A stretch of 64,000 bases of DNA from Candidatus Poseidoniaceae archaeon (GTDB lineage Archaea; Thermoplasmatota; Poseidoniia; Poseidoniales; Poseidoniaceae). The DNA lies in the NCBI GenBank assembly GCA_049623485.1, contig JBMZTB010000002.1, forward strand, positions 8,446 through 72,445, read 5' to 3'. A model generated the notes under the pieces. The model worked only from the letters and a program-made list of their open reading frames with translations, was not told the origin of the DNA and did no database searches. How positions within the stretch are numbered: position 1 is the stretch's first letter; each line of letters starts with the position of its first letter. This document shows positions 18,817-27,377 of this stretch, in pieces. The position numbers and the translations under genes are program-made.

Positions 18817-21800
18817 TTCCTTTCAATCGGAGCCAACGCTTGGGCCTGAATCTTGATCAACACATTGCATTGGATGCAGGGGCGGGAACAGGAAAAACAA
18901 CCGTCATGGCAGAACGCTATGTTCAACACCTCCTTTCCTCTGAACAAAGAGCAACTTGCGTACTGCCAGCGCCATTGCGGAATGAGCCGTATGGTGCTGG
19001 ACGAATAAAGGCTGCAAAGAAAGACAGAACTCCATTGAATGAATGGAAAGGGCTCCTGCCCCAAGAAATTGTAGCTATTACGTTTACAAGGAAAGCTGCT
19101 GCTGAATTGCGTTCAAGAATACGCAGTAGGATTCAATCTCTTCGAGCAGAGCCCGTAAAAAAGGCTGACCGCTTGGGAATTCATGACCCGCGCCTTAGAC
19201 ATCAAGGTGATGTCTCAATGCTCATGTCGTTGCTCGAAGCAGCCCCGATTTCGACGATTGACTCCTTCTTAGGTGAAGTTCTTGCACCTCACATCGACCT
19301 TGTTGCATTGCATTTGAGCAGAGATCAATTGCCAGATGAGCAAGCTCCCTTATTGAGAACCCAAGCGCTCAACGCAGCCTGGAGAATCCGCAATGCAAGA
19401 GATGGATTTGAAGCCGGGCTGACAAAGTCCTGTGAAGAATTCATTGAAGCTCGAAACCGTCTTGCTATTCGGCTTGGAGGACAATCCTCGGCTCAAACTG
19501 TTCTCACTGGTTTGCTTGAATCCTCATTATTTGTTGAAGAGTCAAAACGAAGATTACGAGCAAGATCAATTCGAAACGAATTACCATGGGACGGTTCCTC
19601 ACCTCCCGATTACCTTCTCATTGAGGATATGATTCTCGAGCGCTGCGGGCATCTTATTGATGGAGTAGTAGAAGATGCATATGATTACTTGAATCAATGG
19701 GTTGAAGTATTTACAAAAGATGGCCGCCATGCATTTTTGGTGAATCCAAGCGGTGCTCCAAATGAAAACACTCGCTTCAATCAACTGTCACAATTAGCAA
19801 GAGATCCACTCCCAACAACTCCAATTTCCAGACTTCAATGGATTCATCAGGTGATTGTATCTCTCTGTTCTCCTGGTCAAGTAGAGAAATCGACTCCAAC
19901 CATTTTGAATTCTGGTGGATTTCATAGCCAAATAATAGGAGGTTGGCATTCAGGTCTTGTCAAATGGTCAAGTGTCTCTTTCCCTGGAATTACTCAAAAA
20001 GAGTCCAAAGCCATCACAAAGGAAATTCAGAATGAAGCCAAGGAAGCAGCAACATTGCTTCGTAATCGTTTCCACAATCCAGAAGATGGTCGTCTCCTGC
20101 TGATGCTTTCACGAGCTTCTTATGCTCTTAACCCCCTTCGTGATTTTGACTTCAGAGATGCGAACGAAAAATACGATGTCACAGCACTTGGAACTTCACC
20201 TTGCCGAGATCCACCAGAAGGAAATTTACGAGTATCGAGAGACCTCCAGGTAGAGGTGCTTGACGATTTATACACTGTACATGCTGGTTGCCAAGATCTT
20301 CTCCGTCACCTCAAGGCTCAAGAAGAGGCTCATGATTTCGATGATGTTCAGTTAATGGTGGGCGATTTACTCCTCGTTCGCTGCCCAGAAATTGTTCGAC
20401 ATTGGTACCCTCCACAAGCGGTTCAAGCTTTGGATGACTTAGGAGAAGAAGCATGGGCTGATGAGCACATTCGGAGAGCGTTAAGTTTGATGCAAGGCGA
20501 TGAAGAAAAACAAAATGATCTTCGAAGAAGATATGCTCTTCTGCAGCAAATACGCGCAAGATATGGGGCGTTTATCATCGATGAATATCAGGATACGAAC
20601 CCAGAGCACGCGCGTCTTCTTGCACGGCTGTGGGGCCATAGGAATGACGGGGCTGATGAAACACCAAATCCACTTGGTCCTTGGGATCCGACAGTCTGTA
20701 TTGTTGGCGATATGAAGCAGAGCATCTATCGATTTAGACAGGCCGAAGTTACTGTAATGCGTCGAATGGTTGCCTCCATTCGACTCGCTAATCGCTTGGA
20801 AGAACATGAACCAAGGATGGAGCACATCATAGAGCAAGGACATGGGCGGGACCCTAGACCAGTTGGTGCGGGGGGGGAAACAGGTTCTTTCATCCAAGCA
20901 AGTGAAATTTCTTCCGATGAATCATCCGCAACATGGGATTATGTATCGTTTGGAATCAATGACTTTGGTACGGCAATAGATGACCTTGTTGTTCTTCAAC
21001 GTCAAGAAGGACACATTGAATTAACAACAAACTTCCGTACAGCCCCACGTTTACTTAACACCTTGAACCATATTTTTGATGACACATTTTCTGAACGTCA
21101 CCATCAATTCCCAGGAGATTTTCATGCCACCGCCCAACCCCTCCACGCAGGTAGAGAGACCGATAGGGACGGTGTGATTGAATGGCTATTGCCAACTCAA
21201 ACTGAAATAGATGCTCTTCCATTGGAATTGGGAGCAGGATACCATCTCTTTGATTCAGAATCTGCGAACCCACGACACCTTGAACACGAACTCATAGCTG
21301 CAAGATTAGATTCTCTTGTGAGAGGTCATGCAACTCGATTATGGTCTTCCGAAGAACAAGAATACGTTGATATTGAGCCAGAGGATGTTATATCTCCTGA
21401 AGATGTCATGATCCTAGTTCACTCAAGGAAGCACATCCCTGATTTGATTAAGAGATTACAAAATCGAGGTTTACCAGTTTTAGCAGATAAGCAAGGCCAA
21501 CTCCTGCAACAACCAGTCGTCAAACCTCTGCTCTCTGTCCTCTCCCTTCTGGCGAAACCATCTTCACGATTGGCTGCACATGGGCTTGTCCGTTCTCCAA
21601 TAGTTGGAGCAACATCAATTCAAATTGAAGAGATATTTGAACAGAATGACGTTGAGAATTATTGGAATCATATTTCCACATATTTCGGAGAGTCATTGAC
21701 TGGAAATCTTCTTTCGCTCCTCTCACAACTGATCGAAAAAGGGGCTCTCCACGAAATATTTGATGTTGTACTGGACTATAGCGATCTTTTGACGACGTAT

Positions 21801-23786
21801 CCAGACGAATCAGAGCGACAGGTTGCTGAGACCTGGTGTGCATTGTTGTACAAAATTGGCACAGAATGCGGACATGAGCCAAGCGCTATGCTCGCCAAGA
21901 TGAATGCCCTAGCTTCCCTTGAAAACAAAGGACCTCAGGCAACATCTTCACCAACGAGTGGTGCGATTCAAATTATGACAATCCATGGAGCGAAGGGATT
22001 ACAGGCACCTGTTGTGATCGTAACAGGATTGTTTGAAGCAGGTAGACGCAGCTCAAGCAATGATGCTCAAAAGAATGTCTTAATTACGCCTGATGTTATT
22101 GCAGGAAGAATACAACCATGGAAGTCAAAGGATAAGCCACTTGATGGCCTTTGGATGCTTGCAAACCAAATGAATAAGGCTCAGAATTTAGCCGAGTTGC
22201 GACGGCAATTCTATGTCGCCCTCACCAGAGTTCGAGATCGCCTTATCTTCGCAGGATCTCCTTCAAAGACAAGTGCGATGTCATCCGATGGATTCATTTT
22301 GGCAACAGGCAATATTTCTGGAAATAATATGGGTGATTTACTCTTGGATGGGCTGCGTTACATGGGTGTCAACTCAAATGTTGAACAACCATGGAGCCTA
22401 GAGGGCGATACTCAAGGTCAGCGATTAAGCGAGTATGAGAGCATCGAACTAATTCTTGATCCATTGAACGTCTTTACATCATCAGGCTTCACATCTGATT
22501 CAGTACTGGGTGCCAGAATTTATCACCATCCAAATTGTTTTGCTCAACAAACACCAGTATCAGTTCTCAATGAATGGCTTGAAGTCGAATCTCGTTTAGA
22601 TTATCAGGTTGACGAAGCTTCTGCAAACGAAATTGTAACGATTTCTCCGTCGCTTAAAATGACCGCACATGGCTTGGATGCGGCGAATTCCTGCCGCAGA
22701 AGATTCTGGTTAAATCAGGTGCGAGGCTGGCAAACCGAGCCCTTCAATATCGAATATATTGCAAGAATCAACCCTTCTGAAGAGGAACCGAAAGATCGAA
22801 CTGGTGGCGAGGATTATGATGGTGATGCGTATACTGGTTGGCCTTCTGCAACCTCATTCGGTTCAATGTTCCACCGCCTAGTTGAGATTGGTCTAGCAAA
22901 TCCAGCGACCATGAAATCAAAGGAATTCCCTCTTTCTTCCGAGTGGCTAAACGGCCAAGAAAATCGATTGCTTGAAACGAAAGAAATTGATGATGCAATT
23001 ACCTCAGAGCCAGAGTGGCATAACTTATCCTTTGATGAACAACAACAGACCCGTGAGAGGATTATCGAACTTGCCCAATTACTGTCAAACGGCTTGTTAG
23101 GAAAATTAACCGATGGAGAAGAAGTAAACGGACAGTCTGTGGAAGGGTTACAAACGGAAGCCTCGTTTTACTTCACAAGAGATGTTGAACTAAGCGAAGT
23201 TTATTCGAATCCAACATTAGGTCTTTCTCAAACGATCGTAACTCAAATTGAGAATGTTGCTATCACGTTTGAAGGCCAAGCAGACATTGTCTTAGCAGGT
23301 TGTGAAGAATCCGAAAAATGGCTTCAAGTTGTTGACCTGAAAACCTCTGGTTCGAGAACAGATGACCTGTCTGAGCATCCTTTGCAGAAGGAAATTGAAG
23401 ATTGGAATTCATCCACTCCACAAAATGCAGAAGAAGTTGAGATGTTACGAAATCACCGACTACAACTCACGCTTTATTCAATGGTATTTTACAAGCAAGA
23501 ATCCTTGAAATCAGCAGATGAGCGTCGAACGATTAAACCCCCTGCTCTTCTCATTAGTACATCCGGAAGGCTTGTTCAGATGCCCGTTGAGATGTACGAA
23601 GAAGCTCAAAATGAACTCTCAATCCTTCTCGAATGGATTGCGAGGTTAACAGCAAATGCAGATGGAGTTAGCGAGCCGAAAAGGCTTCCAATGGATTCAA
23701 TCGATACCTGCAAAAAATGCCCATTTTACAAAGGAGAACTTCGAATGTGCGGGCCTGATGGTGTCGATTTAGGGATTGATGTTTAA
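18813..23786 (+). CDS. addA: AddA-like subunit: UvrD/Rep SF1 helicase fused to a RecB/Cas4-type nuclease (1657 aa)
   Basis: Helicase motifs LDAGAGTGKTTV, AITFTRKAAAELRSRI, FIIDEYQDTN (20580-20594), IVGDMKQSIYRFRQAE, TNFRTAP, TIHGAKGLQAPVVIV and FYVALTRVRDRLIF. C-terminal nuclease: SCRRRFWL, GSMFHRLVE, GQADIVL, VVDLKTS, LQLTLYS and CKKCPFYKGELRMC (23709-23750). An ATGA start/stop overlap links it to the upstream gene. Confidence 0.85.
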   Translation: MIPFNRSQRLGLNLDQHIALDAGAGTGKTTVMAERYVQHLLSSEQRATCVLPAPLRNEPYGAGRIKAAKKDRTPLNEWKGLLPQEIVAITFTRKAAAELRSRIRSRIQSLRAEPVKKADRLGIHDPRLRHQGDVSMLMSLLEAAPISTIDSFLGEVLAPHIDLVALHLSRDQLPDEQAPLLRTQALNAAWRIRNARDGFEAGLTKSCEEFIEARNRLAIRLGGQSSAQTVLTGLLESSLFVEESKRRLRARSIRNELPWDGSSPPDYLLIEDMILERCGHLIDGVVEDAYDYLNQWVEVFTKDGRHAFLVNPSGAPNENTRFNQLSQLARDPLPTTPISRLQWIHQVIVSLCSPGQVEKSTPTILNSGGFHSQIIGGWHSGLVKWSSVSFPGITQKESKAITKEIQNEAKEAATLLRNRFHNPEDGRLLLMLSRASYALNPLRDFDFRDANEKYDVTALGTSPCRDPPEGNLRVSRDLQVEVLDDLYTVHAGCQDLLRHLKAQEEAHDFDDVQLMVGDLLLVRCPEIVRHWYPPQAVQALDDLGEEAWADEHIRRALSLMQGDEEKQNDLRRRYALLQQIRARYGAFIIDEYQDTNPEHARLLARLWGHRNDGADETPNPLGPWDPTVCIVGDMKQSIYRFRQAEVTVMRRMVASIRLANRLEEHEPRMEHIIEQGHGRDPRPVGAGGETGSFIQASEISSDESSATWDYVSFGINDFGTAIDDLVVLQRQEGHIELTTNFRTAPRLLNTLNHIFDDTFSERHHQFPGDFHATAQPLHAGRETDRDGVIEWLLPTQTEIDALPLELGAGYHLFDSESANPRHLEHELIAARLDSLVRGHATRLWSSEEQEYVDIEPEDVISPEDVMILVHSRKHIPDLIKRLQNRGLPVLADKQGQLLQQPVVKPLLSVLSLLAKPSSRLAAHGLVRSPIVGATSIQIEEIFEQNDVENYWNHISTYFGESLTGNLLSLLSQLIEKGALHEIFDVVLDYSDLLTTYPDESERQVAETWCALLYKIGTECGHEPSAMLAKMNALASLENKGPQATSSPTSGAIQIMTIHGAKGLQAPVVIVTGLFEAGRRSSSNDAQKNVLITPDVIAGRIQPWKSKDKPLDGLWMLANQMNKAQNLAELRRQFYVALTRVRDRLIFAGSPSKTSAMSSDGFILATGNISGNNMGDLLLDGLRYMGVNSNVEQPWSLEGDTQGQRLSEYESIELILDPLNVFTSSGFTSDSVLGARIYHHPNCFAQQTPVSVLNEWLEVESRLDYQVDEASANEIVTISPSLKMTAHGLDAANSCRRRFWLNQVRGWQTEPFNIEYIARINPSEEEPKDRTGGEDYDGDAYTGWPSATSFGSMFHRLVEIGLANPATMKSKEFPLSSEWLNGQENRLLETKEIDDAITSEPEWHNLSFDEQQQTRERIIELAQLLSNGLLGKLTDGEEVNGQSVEGLQTEASFYFTRDVELSEVYSNPTLGLSQTIVTQIENVAITFEGQADIVLAGCEESEKWLQVVDLKTSGSRTDDLSEHPLQKEIEDWNSSTPQNAEEVEMLRNHRLQLTLYSMVFYKQESLKSADERRTIKPPALLISTSGRLVQMPVEMYEEAQNELSILLEWIARLTANADGVSEPKRLPMDSIDTCKKCPFYKGELRMCGPDGVDLGIDV

Positions 23787-24403
23787 GCCTTTTTTCCGAG
23801 AATTGCAAGTGTTCCAGGTTTCCCGTCATGAGCATTTGCTCTCCAAGCATGAATTTCTTGAAATCCAACATCGTTCCACATTTGAATCCATTCTGCCTCT
23901 GAAAATGTGGACATGTGAACATCGAGCGCTTCAGGCCAACTAAGACTTTCTTCATGTTCTGCATAATGATCGATTCCGATTACGGCCCAACCGCCCTCTT
24001 CCAACCAATCATCATGTATCGACTGCAACATGCCTTTGGGATCTTTCAGATAATACAGGAATTCCATAGAATGAACGAATTGGTATGTTTTTTCTGGTTT
24101 CGTTTCAGGAAATTTCGCACAATGATATGTATTGATGAAATCTCCTTCTTTCGCCTTCTCAATCATGTGCTCTGCACCGTCATAACCAACGGCTTCAACA
24201 CAAGCAGGATGTTGGGAAAGTTTTCTTACAACCCAACCGTTTCCACATCCGAGATCAACTGCTGAAAAAGCAACGCGTCCTTCCAGTACTCGTTCCATAG
24301 CAACATCGATCATTTCGTTAACAGCATTCGCATGCCCTCGTTCCATTCCTTCATCCTTACCAAGATGCGCCCAGTGATTGAAAACGTCTGTTGCTTCCTT
24401 CAT
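23783..24403 (-). CDS. Class I SAM-dependent methyltransferase (small-molecule type)
   Basis: Motif I AVDLGCGNGWVVRKL, with downstream VHSMEFLYYLKDP and GGWAVIG. There is no DNA-MTase (D/N/S)PP(Y/F) motif. ATG 24403 is preferred. The stop overlaps the addA-like stop convergently by 4 nt. Confidence 0.75.
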   Translation of the reverse strand: MKEATDVFNHWAHLGKDEGMERGHANAVNEMIDVAMERVLEGRVAFSAVDLGCGNGWVVRKLSQHPACVEAVGYDGAEHMIEKAKEGDFINTYHCAKFPETKPEKTYQFVHSMEFLYYLKDPKGMLQSIHDDWLEEGGWAVIGIDHYAEHEESLSWPEALDVHMSTFSEAEWIQMWNDVGFQEIHAWRANAHDGKPGTLAILGKKA

Positions 24404-24472
24404 GCTTCTCCGAAGGCATATATGAAAAAAAGGCATCGAAAGCAACATCATCCGACTTCACTTGGAAGTGCC

Positions 24473-25432
24473 ATGAGCGTTAATTCACAATCAATCGACG
24501 ACGTCTTGTTTCCAAAAACAGAAGCATATGCAACAGGTATGCTTGCAGTCTCACAACGACATACCATCGCTTGGGAATGCAGCGGGAACCCAGATGGAAT
24601 ACCAGTTATTGTCATTCATGGCGGTCCTGGCGGCGGAAGTCAACCGTCGTATCGTAGGTATTTCGATCCTCAGAAATGGAACATCATCCAATTCGATCAG
24701 AGAGGATGTGGCCAATCAACTCCTTACGCAGAGTTAGAAGAAAATACGACAATGGATCTTGTTTCAGATATTGAAGCGCTTCGCGAACATTTTGGAATCG
24801 ACACATGGCACGTTTTCGGAGGGTCATGGGGCTCTACTCTTTCTCTCATCTATGGTCAAAATCATCCAGAACGTGTTCGTTCGTTTATACTAAGAGGAAT
24901 CTTCATGTGTCGAAAATCTGAACTTCACTGGTTCTATCAAGATGGAGCCAGCCATGTCTTCCCAGATGCCTTTGAACCATATTACAATCACATTCCAGTA
25001 GGCGAACAAGACGCTCTTATTCCAGCATATTACAAGCGGTTAACAGATGACGATGTCGAAGTTCGAAGAGCCGCTGCAAAGGAATGGACGCGTTGGGAGA
25101 TGGCAACAAGCCGTCTTTTCCCAGACCCGTCTTATCTTGAAAAGGCAGAAGATCTCGATTTTGCGGTGGCATTTGCTCGGATAGAATGCCATTACTTCAT
25201 CAATGGAATTTTTGTTGAAGAAGCTTACATACTGAATAATTCGTCAATTATCGAACATATTCCTGCTGTAATAGTACAGGGCCGATACGACATGGTTTGT
25301 CCAGTGAAAAGTGCTTGGGAACTGCACAAAAAATTACCTTCTTCAGAGCTCATTATCGTTCCAGATGCGGGGCATTCTATGGGCGAAGTTTCGATTGCAA
25401 AGTCCTTGGTGAATGCGACAAATGTCATCTAG
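24473..25432 (+). CDS. pip: Proline iminopeptidase (prolyl aminopeptidase)
   Basis: PVIVIHGGPGGGS, IIQFDQRGCGQSTP, nucleophile HVFGGSWGSTLSLIYGQNHPERV, and VPDAGHS. ATG 24473 is preferred; the longer ORF-track start overlaps the divergent methyltransferase gene. Confidence 0.9.
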   Translation: MSVNSQSIDDVLFPKTEAYATGMLAVSQRHTIAWECSGNPDGIPVIVIHGGPGGGSQPSYRRYFDPQKWNIIQFDQRGCGQSTPYAELEENTTMDLVSDIEALREHFGIDTWHVFGGSWGSTLSLIYGQNHPERVRSFILRGIFMCRKSELHWFYQDGASHVFPDAFEPYYNHIPVGEQDALIPAYYKRLTDDDVEVRRAAAKEWTRWEMATSRLFPDPSYLEKAEDLDFAVAFARIECHYFINGIFVEEAYILNNSSIIEHIPAVIVQGRYDMVCPVKSAWELHKKLPSSELIIVPDAGHSMGEVSIAKSLVNATNVI

Positions 25433-25717
25433 AGACGTTATCTCATTAAATCACTAAATGACGAGTATAGATGTGATAAGGGAGAAGGAGGAGCGGCAGT
25501 ACTGTTCTTTTTGCTTCTATTCTTTAGGAAAAAGGGTACAGAATCGCCAGATCACCCAGAAATAAAGAAACGTAAGCCCCGAGAAGGGCCACACCGAAAT
25601 TCTAATTTCTCCAGAGTTTTAACACATGGAGTCATACAAAAACAGTCTCAATGAGGCGTCGGCTTCATAGTGTATAGGCGGCTGGGTTGAATCAGAGGCA
25701 TTCCTCCAGGTGAGTAA

Positions 25718-26497
25718 ATGACTGAAGAAGGGACAATCACTCCAGAAATTCAAATCAATCAGCTTGAAGACGCTCTAGCAACGGAAACAGACCGTTTGAA
25801 GAAGCTCTTTGCTGCATACGAAGCGCAAGAAAAAGAACTTGTAGATGCTCGTGCAGAAATCGAAGTTCTTGAGAAAGAAATTATCGATAAAGAAATCGAG
25901 CGAGAAGCACAAGAATCACTCATCGCAGAAAAGGATTTCAGAATTCGTGAACTTGAAATGAAGGCAACGAAAGCAGACAAGCGTGTTGAACATCTTCAAC
26001 CTGCTCTCCAGACAATGGAAGAAAAATACTCACGTGAGAAAGATCGTCTCGGTAAAGTCTTCGGTATTGCAGAAGAACTCGATAACGATCTGAAGCTTGC
26101 AGTTACTGAAATGAAGGCTCGAGATGACTGGTACGTGTCTCACATGACGCTCTTCGAGGATCTTAACAAAGCCATCAAGGAACGATATGAGATGATTGAA
26201 CGTGCAGTTGAATCCGAACGACAATCTCAACATATGTCTCGTGCATTCACAGAAAGGATGGATGAAATGGTTGAAGCCAGAGCAGAAGAAATGGCTAATG
26301 AAGAACCAGAAGCACCAACCGAAGAAGCAGATGAGCCAGAAGAAGTTGTTGAAGATGCACCTTCCGAAGAAATAGTCGAGGAAACAGAAGAAGAATCCCA
26401 AGAGGAAACTCCTGAAGAAGCGGTTGAAGAAGCCGCTGAAACTCCTGAAGAACCTGCAACATGGGACGCTGATGTCGATCCATGGGCAGATAACTGA
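25718..26497 (+). CDS. Coiled-coil protein with hyper-acidic C-terminal tail
   Basis: Heptad-like charged sequence for about 190 aa (LKKLFAAYEAQEKELVDARAEIEVLEKEIIDKEIEREAQ...). A 70-aa E/P/A/T-rich tail follows, ending WDADVDPWADN. AGGTGA lies 4 nt before the ATG. Confidence 0.6.
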   Translation: MTEEGTITPEIQINQLEDALATETDRLKKLFAAYEAQEKELVDARAEIEVLEKEIIDKEIEREAQESLIAEKDFRIRELEMKATKADKRVEHLQPALQTMEEKYSREKDRLGKVFGIAEELDNDLKLAVTEMKARDDWYVSHMTLFEDLNKAIKERYEMIERAVESERQSQHMSRAFTERMDEMVEARAEEMANEEPEAPTEEADEPEEVVEDAPSEEIVEETEEESQEETPEEAVEEAAETPEEPATWDADVDPWADN

Positions 26498-26502
26498 GGT
26501 GA

Positions 26503-27360
26503 TTGAAGTTGGGAGGCCTCGCTCAAGGAGGTCATGCACCTGTTGGTACATTCCTCGTTGCAGGCATTGCAATTCTAGTTGGCGGAATCTATCTTGATTC
26601 TCTGTATGGAATTATGCCTTTGGCTGGAGTACTTTGCTTGATGATTTCAGTCTTCTTTGCTAATTTTTGGAGAGATCCCGATCGACCTATTCCCCAAGAC
26701 GCAGGCATTCTCGTTTCACCTGCAGATGGACATGTTATGTTTGCACGAAGAGAGCGAGCAACAGGCCGACGTCCATCGAAAGCAGAGCGAGAAACATCTT
26801 CAATCGAAACCGATGTCCATACAGGCGATTGGTTCCCTCAAGCATGTGATAATCCACTTGAATTCACAACCGAACAACGATTTGAACCAGCCGATACACC
26901 AGGTCCAAACGACGTTTGGAGAGTTGCTATCTTCATGTCTCCACTTGATGTTCACGTCAATCGTGTCCCTTTCTCTTCAACGATTGTAGCAATGGAGCAC
27001 AGGACTGGAAAAGGACGTCGAAGAGGACCCTTTGCAGCAGCATTCCGTAAAGAAAGCGAATACAATGAGCGTGTTCGAACGGTTCTGGAAGGCGAAGATG
27101 GAGGTAGAATCGAGGTCATGCAAATTTCAGGTGCACTCGCCAGAACAATTGTCCCATGGACAAGCATAGGTGACTCATTACGACGTGGCGAGCGTTATGG
27201 AATGATTCGATTAGGAAGTCGAGTTGATGTTCGGGTTCCAGCATCACTTTACACCCCCAATGTCATTTCTGCTGAGGACGGTAACCCATCTTATCCGAAA
27301 GGCCAATTCATCAAGGCGGGATTAGATATTATTTTCAAACCTGTAACGGAAGAAGAGTAA
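26503..27360 (+). CDS. psd: Phosphatidylserine (archaetidylserine) decarboxylase proenzyme
   Basis: N-terminal TM helices, FWRDPDRPIP, LVSPADGHV, FMSPLDVHVNRVP, and the self-cleavage-type MIRLGSRVDV motif. It carries a roughly 60-aa insertion relative to short PSDs. The start is non-ATG: TTG 26503 or TTG 26509, after GGTGAT. Confidence 0.8.
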   Translation: MKLGGLAQGGHAPVGTFLVAGIAILVGGIYLDSLYGIMPLAGVLCLMISVFFANFWRDPDRPIPQDAGILVSPADGHVMFARRERATGRRPSKAERETSSIETDVHTGDWFPQACDNPLEFTTEQRFEPADTPGPNDVWRVAIFMSPLDVHVNRVPFSSTIVAMEHRTGKGRRRGPFAAAFRKESEYNERVRTVLEGEDGGRIEVMQISGALARTIVPWTSIGDSLRRGERYGMIRLGSRVDVRVPASLYTPNVISAEDGNPSYPKGQFIKAGLDIIFKPVTEEE

Positions 27361-27377
27361 TCTCAGGAGGGAGAAAA

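Noticed and set aside
20870-20877. G8 homopolymer inside the addA-like gene as a phase-variation or frameshift switch
   Set aside because: The reading frame is intact through the tract (GGT GCG GGG GGG GAA). There is no evidence of length variation from a single sequence, so it is more a sequencing-error caution than a feature.
23783-24403. Methyltransferase adjacent to the helicase-nuclease pair, considered as a restriction-modification-like module
   Set aside because: The gene is convergent (not co-transcribed) and lacks the DNA-MTase catalytic (D/N/S)PP(Y/F) motif. It looks like a small-molecule class I methyltransferase.
26030-26572. Minus-strand ORFs of 180, 102 and 62 aa across the acidic-tail region
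   Set aside because: They are generated by the GAA/GAG-rich repeat DNA encoding the polyacidic tail. Their F/S-rich products are the translated complement of Glu codons.
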